A stretch of 64,000 nt of DNA, taken from positions 7,812,001 to 7,876,000 of the forward strand of contig OZ316776.1 of assembly GCA_973851085.1 (NCBI GenBank), given 5' to 3'. Each line of letters begins with the position of its first letter. The stretch's first letter is position 1. Source of the DNA: Ptychomitrium polyphyllum (taxonomy: Eukaryota). Under the pieces are notes generated by a model. That model saw only the letters and a list, made by a program, of their open reading frames with translations, had not been told where the DNA came from and did no database searches. Made by a program: the position numbers and the translations under genes. Below are positions 1 through 13,842 of this stretch, in pieces.

Positions 1-1137
1 AAAGTGGAAGATAAAGATGAAACCATTGGTGCAGATGGATGCAAAGAGTTTGTTACAAGACATATTGAAGATGTGACCCAAATATTGGAGAAGCTTATCT
101 CAGTCCATCTAACATTATCTTTAGAGAAATCAAACTTTGGAGTTAGAGACATTTTAGTGATAAGGCACATGTGTGGCATTTATGGTAGAAAACCAAACCT
201 AGATAAGATTGATGCTATTGCTAGAATGAAATCATGCAACAGTGTCATAGAAGTTAGAAGGTTTTCAGGTGCATGTGTATTTTATCATATGTGGGTGCCT
301 CATTTTGCCCACATTTTAGAGCCACTATATCAATTGTTGAGGAAAGGCAAGAAATTTATTTGAATGGAAGAACATGAAGAGTCCATGAAGAGTTTGAAGA
401 AAATTTTGAATTCTCCACTTGTCCTTAAACAAGTGGATTATCAGGATGGAAAGCTAGTGGTTGTGACAATGGATACAAGTCCAATAGCAATTGAATGAGT
501 TGTTGGACAAGATGATGAGGAAGGCAAGAAATTTGTCATACGGTTTGAAACAAGGACTTTTATAGATTGGCAAAGGACTTATCCACAAGTTAAAATAGAG
601 CTTTAGAGAGCACTCATTGCTATTAAGGCTAAAAGAAATCACTTAATTGGAGCCAATGTGGTTTTGGAAATAGACTCTTTATTTCTACTTGGTATGATAA
701 CCAATTGCTCTATTTCAAAAATTGCCATGTTAAGGTAGATAGCCTTTATTTAAACATTTAATTCTATTCTAAGTTACATTACTGGCAAAGAAAATTTAAT
801 AGAAGATATGTTGTCTAGAGCCAAGTATAATGGTGGAGAAGAAATGATGGCTTATGAGAAGGGTGAAGACCAAAAAGAAAATATGTATGGATATTCCTTT
901 GCTACTAATGGAGTGCAATTTGGAAATGAGGTCCAAAATTTCAAAGAAGGTCTTTATGAGGATAGACTGAAGGATATTAGAATGTATTTAAGCACAGGAA
1001 AGAAACAATTGGGCTAGATAGAAAAAGCTTTTAAAGACATCAGACATCAGTCTTAATATTTACCTTCTTAGAGATGGATTGCTTTGGAAAAGACTAAAAA
1101 AAAGTGATAAGTTCCATTGAGGGTAGTAGATGACCTT
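1..1137 (+). mobile_element. Element A: decayed non-chromovirus-like Ty3/Gypsy pol (RT C-terminus and RNase H), left of the F insertion
   Basis: ORF 4-363 (RHIEDVTQILEKL...SLEKSNFG...VRRFSGACVFYHMWVPHFA) is RT-like. An RNase H-like region with many stops follows. It is interrupted at ACCTT (1133-1137) by element F. Confidence 0.85.
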
Positions 1138-1740
1138 TGTTAGGGACAAAAGAAACAAGAAGCAGAAACGAAGTGTTTCTCAAGAATTAGCTTCCAAAGA
1201 GCTAATGATTAACAAGAACTTTGATACAAAGACTAGAACAAGGCAAGATTCAAGATGATCCACAACTTGTGTTGGCAAGACTAAGCAATACCTTGTCTTG
1301 CCTCCTATTTATACTATGACGTTTGTATCTCCTAGGATACTTCTAAAAAAGCTTCCTACAAGGCTTAAGAATGTTCTGAAAGTCTAAGGAACCTTCCCAA
1401 GAAGTTTCCAAAGATGTTGGAACCTTCCTAAGAAGCTTCCAAGGAATTGGGACCTTCTTTGGAAGCTTCCAAGGAGTTGGAATCTTCCTTGGAAGTTTCC
1501 TAAGGTAGCGGAACCTTCTTAGGAAGTTTCATAAGGTGATGGAACCTTCCTAGGAAGTTTTCTAAGGTGATGGAACCTTCATAGGAAGTTTCCTAAGGTG
1601 CAGGAACTTTCCTAGGAAGTTTCCTAAGAACATGGAAAAGATTATGGAGACATCTAAAAGTATTCTAAGAAGCTATTATAGTATACTAGAAGGTTCTAGA
1701 TTGTTCTAAGGACTATGTTGCATGATCTATGTCCGTGACA
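1138..1740 (-). repeat. 3' LTR of F (603 bp)
   Basis: Reads tgttagggac...gtccgtgaca on +, adjoins the PPT, and carries an internal ~31-bp tandem array. Confidence 0.95.
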
Positions 1741-1794
1741 TCACCTCCCCATTTAGCGACGAGTTCCATGAGGAGCTTTTTCTTGGCTTGCTCA

Positions 1795-2253
1795 TCACAT
1801 TTCCACAAATTCCAAAATTTGTTGAAGGAGTGAAGCAACATACTCTGCTTGTTGTTCTTTGTTCACTGGTTCAACTGGTCCTTGCAAGAAGCATCAATGA
1901 CCACCAGCCAAGACTTTTGTTGTTGAAATGTCCCATTTCAAGATCTGATCTTGATTAAGTCCTTCAAAACATCCTCCAAACAAGATTTCGGATCCTCCAG
2001 GAGTGACTCTTCCAATTTCTAACAAGATGACTAGAGCGCGAGCATCTGAATCAAGACTGGAATGTGAAGGGCGACTAGTCAATACTTCTGCACGAGGTCG
2101 TACTCGACGTTGGGATGTCCCTCTCATATCTTGACTTAGATCCTTCGTTACCGAGGGCTGAAAAAGTTGAGTTGGTTCAACAGATGCTGTTGTTGATGAA
2201 GGCATGGCCGACTCCTCTTCACGCATATCCATTATAACACAAAGATTTGACAT
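1795..2253 (-). pseudogene. Extra ORF (ORF3) between chromodomain and PPT of F, one internal TGA
   Basis: Mirror copy of 37298-37756; see findings. Confidence 0.6.
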
Positions 2254-2396
2254 GCTGGCTAGGATCTAGAAATGATCTATCTTGGAAATAATGATGCATA
2301 CAATTGGAGGTTTGGATATCTCTCCTCCCTTCTTATACTTGTCTATGAAAGAAAAACTTCTCTGTGAAGCTAACGGCTGCTGATGACACATCATCA

Positions 2397-5300
2397 CTAA
2401 CCTGATTTCTGAGGATATCTTTGATGAAATTCGCGTACCTTCTCGGATGCATTTGTTACATTTGTTGAAGGTTCCCATGTTCGGTCATTGATGCCATATC
2501 CTTGCCAATGTATAAGGTACTCCACACGTCTGTTCTTGATGCGTGAATCTAAGATCTCTTCCACTTCATATTCAATTTCATTATTGATTTCCAGCGGAAA
2601 AGGCGGAGGGATAATTTTCTCTAGTATACATGATTTGTTATAGGTTTCCAACAAGGATACGTGGAATACTGGATGAATTTGCATGCTTGGTGGTAGCTTT
2701 AGGCGATAACTAACCGGATTTATTTGTTTGTTGATTTCAAACGGTCCCAGCCTTTGATAGTCCAACTTCATTGATGGTCTTTTTGTCTGTATATTTTGTT
2801 GTAGGAGCCATACGCTATCTCCAACCTTGAACTTTGGATGGTCCTTTCGATGGCAATTTGCATAAGTTTTGTAATGATCTTGAGCTTGTTATAACTGGAA
2901 GGTAATTTCTTGATGGATTTTAGCAAGTTGAGTTGCAAAATCCTCCACTGTAGGACTTCCAACATGCTTCACTTGAAATGGATCTGTTTGAGGATGATGC
3001 CTATAGTTTGCAAAGAATGGACTTTGAGTTGTTGAAGAATGCACCATATTGTTGTAAGCAAATTCTGCCAAAGGCAAGAAATCCATCCAGTTGTCTTGCT
3101 GGTAGTTTATGCTACAACGAAGGTACTGCTCCAAAATTTGATTCACATGTTTGGTTTGGCCATCAGTTTGCGGATGGTGTGCTGAAGAAAGATTGATCTT
3201 TACACGCAACAACTGGAATAGAGCCCTCCAAAAGTTGGAAATGAACTGTGGCCTTCGATCGGATACAATATCATCTGGTAGTCCATGTATGCGGTAGACG
3301 TGATTTAGGAACATCTTGGCAGTTTCTTCTCCGGTTACCGTCTTGTTGCATGGAATGAAATGTGCCATTTTGGTAAATCGATCTACCACTACCAAAATAG
3401 AATCCTTAGAATTGGAGTTTGGAAGGTCCGTGATAAAATCCATTGATAAAGACAACCATGGGCTCTTTGGCACTGAAAGCGGGTGGAGGAGACCATGAGG
3501 TTGGTGCCTTGGTACCTTGGCTCTTGCACAAGTGTTGCATGACTGAACAAAGTTCTTTACGTACTTCCACATTTGTGGCCACCAATAGTCTCTTGCAATC
3601 AACTCCATTGTTTTATTGAATCCAAAATGTCCTGCTGCTGGAAAATCATGATGTGCTTGAAGGATCTTCAACCGCAAAGGGCCTGGAGGTAGGTACAAAA
3701 GTCCTTTATAATAAAGTAGGCCCTCTTGGAATTCAAAATCCTCATCATTATTTGAAGGATTTCCATTGTCTTTGAGGCGCTTCTTTATATTTGAAACAAA
3801 GACGTCATTCTTCAAAGCCTTCCAAATTTGGTCAAGATGGGATGTTGTCGTAATAATGGCTGCTTTCAATTGAAGATTCTCAGGCTTTAATAAAATAGTC
3901 CTTTGTTGATTCAAAACATCATCTCTAGGTTGAGGAGCTAAATAAGATCTTCGAGATAAGGCATCTGGCTTACCTTGCAAGCTACCAGATCGATAGGTAA
4001 TGACAAAGTCAAATTTGGAAAGCGACATACTCCACCTTGCTTGACGGCAATTCAAAACACGCGCACTCATGAAATACTCCAAGTTCTTGTGGTCTGTATA
4101 TATCGTGATGGTATGTTGAGCTCCTTCCAATAAGTATCGCCATTTTTCAAACGCATCCACAATTGCAAGTAGTTCTTTATCATGTATATCATAATTGATC
4201 TCTGCCGCTGAGAACTTCCTTGAACAAAAGGCAAGAGGGTGAAGTCTCCCGTCTTCATCATATTGTGAGAGTATTGAGCCAAGCGCAAAATCTGAGGCAT
4301 CCGCTTTCAAATAAAAAGGCTTTGATGGATTTGGATGAATAAGAATTGGAGCCGACGTGAATGACTTTTTAAGACTTTGAAATGCTTTTTCCGCCTCTTC
4401 ATCCCAAATGAATTTTTGCTTCCTTGTAAGACGTGTTAATGGTGCCGCAATCTTGGAATAATTATTGACAAATATTCTATAAAAGTTGGCAAATCCCAAA
4501 AAGCATTGGACATCTCAAATTGATCTTGGCGTACTCCACTCCATGACAGTGTTTATTTTCTTCTTATCCATATGGATTCCTCCTTTGGAAATGAAGTAGC
4601 CTAAAAATTCTACCGATGATTCATGGAAAAGGCACTTCTTCAATTTGGCATATAATCCTCGCTGGCGTAGTTTTTCTAAGACTAGTTGCACATGACATTC
4701 GTGGTCTTGTTCATCTTTTGAATATATCAAAATATCATCTAAGTAAATGACTATAAAATCATCCAGATGTTCATGGAAGATATCATTCATCGTATGTTGG
4801 AAGACCGCGGGAGGATTAATAAGGCCAAAAGGCATGACATTGTATTCAAAATGACCATACCTAGATCAAAAAGCTGTCTTCTATTTGTCTCCTTCTTTGA
4901 TGCGTACAAGATTGTAGGCTCCTCTAAGATTGATTTTGGTGAATATCTTTGCTTGGCCAAGTTGTTGTAGGAGTCCTGAGATTAATGGTAATAGATAGCG
5001 ATTCTTTTTTGTTACTTTATTGAGGCCTTGATAGTCCACGCACATATGTAATGATCCATCTTTCTTCTTTACAAACAAAATGGGTGCTCCAGTAGGTGAT
5101 TTAGAGTGTTGAATGAAATCCTTTCCAAGGTTTTCATCAATATATTCTCTCAAGGCAGCCAACTCGGTTTGTGATAAGTTATAAATAGGTCCAAAAGGTG
5201 GTTGGGCTCCTTCTTGCAATTCAATGGTACAATCGTAAGGTCGGTGCTTTGGTAACATGTCCGCATTCTTCTTTTCAAAAACGTCTTTATAATCTTGATA

Positions 5301-5873
5301 TTGACGAGGTATGTTTTGATTAGTCTCTATTGTTGAGCTAGACATTGGCGTGGCATAATCGGCATAGATTGGTTCATTTTTTGCCGCTCTCATAAATGCC
5401 TTAGCTCCAATAAATGATGGCCCAAGATTTCTTATATTTTGACGTCTTTTCTTTGAGACCACACTCCGTGAGCGCCAGTCAATATCTGGATTATGTAATT
5501 CAAACCAAGGAAGGCTCAAAACAATAGGATTCGTTCGGCATTGAATGATGTTGAAGACAACTTTAGATGCCTGGTTTCCTAAAACAACCTCCAAGGATTG
5601 AGTTTCTTCAATAACGTTGCCAAACGCAAGAGATCGTCCATTAATAACTTCAACAAGTGCGGGATATTTTTTCTTCACAAGCACCATGTGATGTTTGGTT
5701 GCAAAATCCTTGTCCATAAAACATGCTGTTGCGCCAGTGTCTAAGAGAGCCTCACTAATTATTTCATCATCTAACAATTTAATTTTGATAGGAAATGTAA
5801 AACAAGAGGTAGGGCTTGAAGGTAGTAGGAGACCTTGATTTGATGGTCGTTTCCTCGTGGTGTCCAGTCGCAT
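2397..5873 (-). pseudogene. pol: pol of F (protease, RT, RNase H, integrase, chromodomain), broken by stops
   Basis: Motifs ALLDTGA (PR), YLDDILIYS (RT), DASDFALG...DKELLAI (RH), GHFGFNKT...C-x2-C and SMDFITDLP (INT), EYEVEEILDSR...YLIHWQGY (chromodomain). Confidence 0.95.
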
Positions 5874-5887
5874 GGTCCATACTGTGA

Positions 5888-6898
5888 CTAGACAGCCTTG
5901 TTTTCCAACTCCACTATTGTGCTCTGAGCCTTAAAGGCAGATCCTTTGATTTGGCAATCGCGCACTTTATGTCCAAACTTGCCACAATACAAACATAGGT
6001 TTTCTCTTCGACGCCTTTCTTTTTCTTCTGGAGTCAAACGTCTGAATTGGGCAGCATCAATTTGCATAGGTTTTGGTCTTTGTGGTCGGCTTTCCAATAT
6101 CCTTGAAAAAGTGGTAGCCATGCTTTGATGTACTGGTCGCCATCCCAAGCGTTGATCTTGGCGCCTCTCAAATAGTTTGTTGTCACATGCTATTGCTTAA
6201 GTGATGAATTCGTTCAATGTTTCAACTCTTGGCATTGTGAGTAGCAAGTTCTTTACATTTTCTTTTAAGCCCCATCAAAATCGTGTGACCAAGGCCTTAT
6301 CATTCCAATCAAGGTCGCAAGCTAATTGTCGAAATTGTGCAGTATATGTAGCAGCTGAGCGCTGTCCTTGTTGGAGACTCTGAATCCTTGTTTCAGCCAC
6401 CCTCTCTTGGTCGATGTCTCCAAAAGTAGATGTCAATGCTTCTATGAAAGCATCTAAGTTGTTCAATAATGGTGATCGTTTCTCCATTAGTGGCGCAAAC
6501 CACGATAGTGCATTGTTTGATAAAGGAGTGGCCACAAATCCCACTTGAGTTGTACCATCAGGATAGCAAGATTGATGCAAACTAAAGAAGAGTTTTACTT
6601 GTTGAACAAAGCCTCTTAATTTTGATCTTGATCCATCGAACTTGTATGGCATGCTAATCTTTGGCTCTGCGTGGATTTGACGTAAGCCTTTCCTTCCAAT
6701 ATTGGCTTCTTGCAATCCAACAACCTCTTGATATAGGCTTTGAATATCACCATTGGATTCTTCAGCTTGTCGAGTGTGTTGCTCCAAATTGTTGGTGGTA
6801 TTAAAACGGGCGAGTTCCGTTTGAACTGTATTTAATAACTCTTGAAGGTTTGCAATAGTTGCAAACCTATTCTCTGATGTTCCAGGCACGTTATCCAT
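5888..6898 (-). pseudogene. gag: gag of F with internal stops
   Basis: KFDGSRSKLRGF...ALSWF retrotransposon gag motif and a CLYCGKFGHKVRDC zinc knuckle. Confidence 0.9.
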
Positions 6899-7134
6899 TT
6901 CTTAAGACTCTCAAAGACAAAAAGACTATGAGTACCTTCAAAGGAGGAAAATCCACGTCCTTTGAAAGAAGTAATATTTGGTTCTAGAAGGAGAAACCAA
7001 TTCTATGGTGCCAGCTTAGAGGAGGGTAGTCCGCAACCTCTAAGACGCTATGGAATCCTAAAGAAGATGGGTAATCTACAATCTTCTTTAAAGAACCTTA
7101 GCTCTGACAGTGATGAAAAGTAGTCTTGCCAAAC

Positions 7135-7675
7135 TGTTAGGGACACAAGAAACAAGAAGTAGAAACAAAGTGTTTCTCAAGAATTAGCTTCCAAAGAGCT
7201 AATGATTAACAAGAACTTTGATACAAAGACTAGAACAAGGCAAGATTCAAGATGATCCACAACTTGTGTTGGCAAGACTAAAGAATACCTTGTCTTGCCT
7301 CCTATTTATACTATGACGTTTGTATCTCCTAGGATACTTCTAAAGAAGCTTCCTACAAGGCTTAAGAATGTTCTGGAAGTCTAAGGGACCTTTCCAAGAA
7401 GTTTCCTAAGATGTTGGAACCTTCCTAAGAAGCTTCGAAGGAGTTGGAATCTTTCTTGGAAGTTTCTTAAAGTAGCGGAACCTTCTTAGGAAGTTTCCTA
7501 AAGAGGTAGAACCTTCCTAGGAAGTTTCCTAAAATGGAGGAACTTTCCTAGGAAGCTTCTTAAAAACATAAAAAGGCTATGGAGACATCTAAAAGTATTC
7601 TAAGAAGCTATTATAGTATACTAGAAGGTTCTAAAATATTCTAAAGACTATGTTGCATGATTTATGTCCGTGTCA
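7135..7675 (-). repeat. 5' LTR of F (541 bp)
   Basis: Homologous to 1138-1740 but 62 bp (two array units) shorter. The PBS complement lies at 7121-7134. Confidence 0.95.
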
Positions 7676-7950
7676 ACCTTGAGACTAAAAGCAAATTTTT
7701 AAAGGAATTTCATGATTTACTTTGGACTAAGCATAAAGATGTATGGGCCACACATATACTAAAATTAAAGAAAGGTATTGGTAGAAGGGTCTGTAAAAAG
7801 ATGTGGAGGATTTTGTAAGCTTATGTACAAAATGCCAATTGCAGTCTAAGGTAAGATATAGAAATGAGCTTCATCCTACCTATTTACCTTCTATTCATTT
7901 CCAATGGGCAATAGATTTGGTAGCTATGCCATCAGGACTTTGGAATTATG
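7676..7950 (+). mobile_element. Element A continued: decayed integrase N-terminal (zinc-binding) region
   Basis: Resumes after TSD ACCTT. Frameshifted translation gives VWAT/YTKIKERYW*KGL*KDVEDFVSLCTKCQ, typical of the Gypsy integrase HHCC domain. Confidence 0.7.
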
Positions 7951-8169
7951 AAATATGGACAAATTTGTAAGCAGGATTTCAAGGGCAGTACATAGTTATG
8001 ATTGGATTGGGATTGTAAACTTTACAAACTCTGTAAAGTATGATAAAAAAACTTTTGCACATAATTGACTTTAATTATAATACCACCTTATCAAATTATT
8101 GAGGAATTAGTAGCAGCTAGAAGCCACGTGTTTTTTCAAAGCAAGGTTCTTTCTCTACGACACCGGTTT

Positions 8170-11100
8170 GTATGCCAAGTTGGCAAGTTTGTATATTTCA
8201 CAAACCTCAAGTAGAATTCCTTAGACATATCATCTCCAACAAAAGACTACTGATGGATCCAAAAAAAGTAAAAGAAATCAGCAATTGGACGAGATCAAAA
8301 TTGGTGCATAATGTCCAATGCTTTCTTGCACTTACAAACTTCTATAGGACCATTATCAAAGACTATTTCCAAATAGCAGCACCATTCATGTGGCTAATTT
8401 GCATAGAAAAGCTTAAGTCGGGATCCAATGCTGAGATGCATTTCAAAGTTTGAAGCGAGCTTTTACTATAGCTCTAGTTATGATCCATTTGGATTTTTCA
8501 AAGCCATTTTACGTAGAGACAGATGCTTCCAAATTTCCATTAAGAGCAATTTTTTTGCAGCTAGGAGAAGAAAGGAGACTCCACCCAATTGCATTCCATT
8601 TCAAAAAAAATTAGCTACAAAAATCAACTATGAGATCTATGACAAAGAACTCCTTGTAACTGTGAATATCTTCCAAGAATGGCGCAAATTTGCTCAAAAG
8701 TGCTGCACATCCAATTATTGTATATATAGACCATAAAAACTTGGAATATTTCATTTTTGCTTGCATTTTGAATCGTCACCAAGCTTGTTGGAGTATGTCT
8801 CTATTTTGATTTAATTTTTGCATTACATATTGATCTAAAAAACAACAAGACGCTTTGTCAAGGCGGTCATATCTTGTACAAAATGAGGAAGAGGCAGTAC
8901 AAAATTATTAATAAGCAGCTTTGTTGAAGCCCAAACAATTTTATATACGTACAACCACTATTTCAACTCTACTAGATTCATCATATCTTGACCAGATTTG
9001 TGTGGCATCTACCACGGATTTTCTTGTTCTTAATATTAAGCGTCATTCCAACAACCTTTCTAAAGACATATCCAAATTCAAGTTTGAGAACAACCTCCTA
9101 TACTTTGAAATACATTTATATATTCTTGAAGGACCAGTCCACCTTTGTATATTTCAAACGCATCATGACTTTCTTGCAACTGGACATTTTGGATTCAACA
9201 AGACTTTGGAATTATTTTCAAGAGACTTTTGGTGGCATCAAATGTGAAAGGCCATTAAGGAATTTTTAGTCTTGTGTGATACCTGCTCTTGGTTAAAGAA
9301 TCTTAGATACCACCTATACAAATTTTTTTAACCATTGCCTATTCTAAGGCAACCATATCATCTAATTTTATGGATTTCATTCCAGATCTTCCATCTTCAA
9401 ATTCTTTTGATACCATCTTTGTAGTGGTAGACCAATTGATCAAGGTGACACCTTTTGGACCTTGCAAAAAGACAATTACAGGCAAAGAGACTGCTACACT
9501 TTTCATGGATAATGTCTATAATTACCATGGACTGCCTGACAATATCATATCGGATTGTAGGCCACACTTTATATTAAGATTTTGGAAGTCACTCTTTAAG
9601 ATCCTTAAGGTGGTCATTAAGCTCTTTTTAGCCTTCCATCCTCAGATTGATGGCTAAACAGAGCGAGTCAACCAAATCTTGGAATAATATTTGAGATGTG
9701 CCATCAATTATTATCAAAATGATTAAACTTCTAATTTAATATTGGCTGAGTTTGCCTACAACAACAATGCACACACTTCCATCCAACAAATGCCATTTTA
9801 CTCCAATTATGGACATTATTCAAAGATGGATATATTACAATCTTCACAATTTGAAAATCTAGCAACAAAAGAATTTGCCATAAGAATGGCAACCATGAAG
9901 ATACAACTAGAAGAAGGTCAAGAACAATACAAAATGGCAGTAGATGCAATAAGGAAGGAACAACCTCCATTCCAAGTTAGTGAAAAGAAGTGGCTCTTTT
10001 GATGTGCTATAAAGACCAATAAGTCATTTGATGAATTGGACTAGTTTAAATTGGAACCATTTATAATTCAAAAACAAGTCAATCACGTGGCATATTGTTT
10101 GGAATTACCGACATCTCTATAGGTATATCTAGTCTTTTCATTTTACTTTTGAAAGACTATAAAGAATCAATTATTTATGGACAAAAGCAGCTGCTACCAC
10201 CTGTGGTTGAAATTAACAATCATCATGAATTTGAAGTAGAAGAAGTGCTTGATTCACAAATAAAACGTGGAGAGTTGTAATACTTGGTTTGTTGGCGTTG
10301 ATATGACATCAATGAAAGCACATGGGAGCCAACTAATAAGCTTGCCAATTCACCAATAAAAGGTTGTGGCTTCTATTGACAACATCTAAATAAAAAATAG
10401 CAGCATAGGGAGTAGTGGTTCAATATAGATAGTCAAGATGCAGATACCATGCTAGTGGTGTCAATCCAACCAAATGGCTAGCGTCAACGACCTTGTGACA
10501 AAGAAGAGATTGAACCAAGGAGACATTAGAGGATACCTAGCAATAGATTGTTGGTGATTGTCTTTGAAATAGAGCAAGCTCACAAGAGTTATTTAGAAGT
10601 ATTGTTTGAAGGATGTTTTTACAACAAAGATACAGAAGTTCAAGCTTGGTTCCAAATAAAAGGCATTGGACACTATTGGTGGTTATAAGGATCCTTGAGC
10701 CATTTGAATTGAGAAAGGCAATTGGAGTATGTAATAGACACTATATTGTAGACACAAATTTTTGATTTCCTCATACTTTGAGCACTTGTTGCAACATGCT
10801 CCTTAGAGACCTTGGAGCTAGAACGGGAGGTGATGTCACGGACATATATATTAGAAGCATCTAAAAAGATTCTTAAAAGGTTTAGAAAGGCTAAAGAAAC
10901 TATAAAAGAAGTTATCTTGGCTAAAGAAGCAATTCAAGGTTGCTTGAATACAAAGCAATATAGTAGAAGCTTCCAAGGCTTGTAGTTTTAGTATATATAA
11001 GAGTTGAGGCTCAAGGAATCTTTAGTTTCAACAATACATTTCTTGTGGTCTAGTTCAGACCTTTTGGCCTTCTCTTTGTATTTTATTATAGCTCTTTATT

Positions 11101-11178
11101 TCTAATATACCTTGGACATATCTTCTTCCATATTTTGAAATATTCAAGCCTTATTTTGTTGTTACTCTATCTGTAACA
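8170..11178 (+). mobile_element. Element B: 5'-truncated, heavily decayed Tcn1-like chromovirus of a second family with its 3' LTR
   Basis: Fragments of RT (VEFLRHII), RH (INYEIYDKELL), INT (GHFGFNKTLEL, MDFIPDLPSS) and chromodomain (EFEVEEVLDS). PPT gaacgggaggtga precedes an LTR reading tgtcacggac (10834) to tgtaaca (11178). Confidence 0.85.
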
Positions 11179-11549
11179 CTTATAATATTCCATAATAACC
11201 AATATTAAATGCCTTGACACCAATATCAATTTGAATATTCCAACATTCTTCCACCTACTTTTTGAATCCTTACTTTTTTTTATTCTTTTAGTCAATAAAA
11301 AACCATTGAGGTATATAATAAAGAATATTCTATCATATAGTTCTATTGTTACCTTGGGCTACAATAGATTTCTATTTTAAAATACTTAAAGGATGAAGAA
11401 TTAGCTAAAACATGGATGATAAAGAGAAAAAATGGATTTTACAATAGTCTTAGAATTTTGTGTAGTAAAAGATTCATTATTTAAATATGATCAAATTTCA
11501 AAAGAATATAATAGTAGAACTTTATAAAAACGAAATTAATCATATATGG

Positions 11550-12330
11550 ACATAGTTTAAGTTATTTTGATCCAAAAAGAATTTATAGCTTGCTTCAAGC
11601 TTGTTTTTGGTGGAAAAATGTGAATCACAATTTTAATAGTTGGTAGCCAAATTTATTTGATGTGTTGTAAAGTGTGACCATTATATAATGCATTTATGCT
11701 TCAAATGCAACTATTGCCAATTTATGGGCTTTTGTTATAGATAGAATTTTGATTTTTTGGAAGTGTTTTATTAGTATGTATAGATGAAAATTGGACAAGT
11801 TTTCAAACGGCTTTGTTGATTAAGTTTTGTATTAAAGCTAATATGGATGATTGATAGTTGTAGAAAGCAAGAAACACACTTATATAGATAAGTACCATTA
11901 ACATTGAAAAAAAATTCTACTATACAATATAGAAACACTTTGTAATATGATGCAATTTAAGAGAAGATTGTAGGCAAGCAATGTAGCGGTCCTTGCAAGA
12001 AGATTGTATTTAATTGCAACAAAAAATATCCATTATTTTTAGTGTAATTCCAAGGTATTAGTCAACGTGTGTACGAGGTTTTTAAGTCTATAGAATTGCT
12101 ATTGGAAGGATTTGGAAGGAATATTGGTGCAATTGTGAACCATGTTATATATCATATACTGATGATAGAGTCAATTAGGTTGTCATACATTTTAACTTGA
12201 TTGAAGTGTGTGTTGTGTGAAAGTATTGAAGGTATTGCCACAATGATTAAGTATAATGATTGTTTCACAAGGTGGCACATGACATGTTTGAGTATACTAT
12301 TGAATAGTTATGGCCTTGGTGCATGACAAA
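11550..12330 (+). pseudogene. Fossil Gypsy integrase fragments ending in a PHD finger
   Basis: Manual translation gives HSLSYFDPKRIYSLLQACFWWKNV (11551-), IQYRNTL*Y (~11922), RVYEVFKSIELLLEG (~12066), CNCEPC (~12128) and LKCVLCESIEGIATMIKYNDCFTRWHMTCLSILL (12201-12302). Confidence 0.65.
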
Positions 12331-13842
12331 TGGTAGTTGTTTAAATTACAAATAATGATTTTTGCTTGAATCATTTTTTATACTTTATAAAAAAAAATGT
12401 TTTGGTATCTACAACTGTAAAAGGAATTCTAAAATAGACAAAGTTATTGAATACATTATATATGCATTGATTCACTTTTTATATCTTTTATTATTTAAAA
12501 AAAACATGTAGCTAAGTCTTGAATGTTTAATTATTTTTAGTATGCCTTTTATTCTTTACATAATGCTAATGTAATAAGAGCCATATATTGTTTCCATGGT
12601 AGCCATTACTTGTTTGATACTATAATTGCAATTATACCACTAATTATATAACTTAGAGTGTATGTAGTAGAAAAATGTATTTCTAATCATATTGTGTGTT
12701 TAAATGGTTTTAACTTGTTTTATAAGCCACTTGGATATTATAATAATTGTAATCAATACCACAAATTGCATACTATGGAGTATTTATTGTGCTAAAATTC
12801 TCTTCAATTCACCAATTTTCTCCTACTTATAAAATGCAGAATATACTAATATAAATATAATGGTAATTTGTGTCAATTAGAATGTTAGAAAAATAGTGAT
12901 ATTTGTAGTTGTCAAGAAATTAAATTATAAACTTCATAAAATTGCTCAAAAAAATGGTTTTTACACATCAATTTGGTTGAATCCAATAATGAACTTGATA
13001 GGCAAGCATCTATAATTTATTCATCTTTAAATTTGGAGCCTTCATAATTATTTAATTTTACAATAATTCAAAGCAATGCTTATTGTACATCTATGTTAGT
13101 TGTAGAAGTTGCAAAACAATTCTAAAACCTCATATTTGGTAATGCTGCAAAAATCTTTAAATCTTGGTAGAAATAAAGAATTATAATCCAATTGATAATG
13201 AATGGTTTCTTCAACCAAGTCAAAGATGCAATTATTCCAATAAAAAGGCTTTATTAATCCGTTTATTTAGAACTTTTGAGATTTTAGAATTTCAAGTTTA
13301 AATTTATACTTTAATTTTCAATCCCAAACTCTAAATCTTATTAATTAATTGTTTTGTTAGAATTTGTGAATTCTTTTCATGAAAATAAAATTGTTGAAAT
13401 GTACGCTTAGTGTGCATTACTATGGATTATTACAAAAACAAGGAAGAAGGTCTTTAAAATTGTAACCTTGAAGCATTTTGCTTAAGGCTTGATTTATATT
13501 TTTGTATTGGTTCACATTTTTAATGTAATATTTAGAATTACTAGAAGAAACGGTTCTGGAGACAATTAATAAGGCTTAAAAGAAGATGCTTAGAAATTGG
13601 AGGTATATAGTGTGATAACTTTTATATGATTATTTTATGAACTTTATGAAATTTTAATGTTTTCTTTTAATGATTGGATATTAATTACATATAGAATGTA
13701 TTAGGAACACTAAAAGCAAATACAAAGTGCTTCCTAAGAATTAGCTTCAAAAGAGCTAATGAATAACAAAAATTGATACAAAGACAAGAGCAAGGGCACA
13801 CTATAATATGATCTACAACTTTTGTTGGCAAGACTAAGGTAT

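Larger units (their letters stand above)
1138..7675 (-). mobile_element. Element F: full-length, stop-riddled Gypsy chromovirus (Tcn1-like; resembles the moss RLG1-type family)
   Basis: LTRs at 1138-1740 and 7135-7675 with TG...CA ends. Exact TSD ACCTT at 1133-1137 and 7676-7680. PPT complement tcacctcccc at 1741-1750. Order on the minus strand is gag-PR-RT-RH-INT-chromodomain. Confidence 0.95.

Noticed and set aside
1330..1640. Regularly spaced palindromic repeats resembling a CRISPR array
   Set aside because: The units are contiguous degenerate tandem repeats without unique spacers, lie inside LTRs, and no cas genes are present in this eukaryotic DNA.
1722..1958. Antisense ORF also open in C (14576-14806) with the same stop
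   Set aside because: Explained by DNA similarity between F and C and by overlap with sense ORF3. I found no supporting conservation in B.
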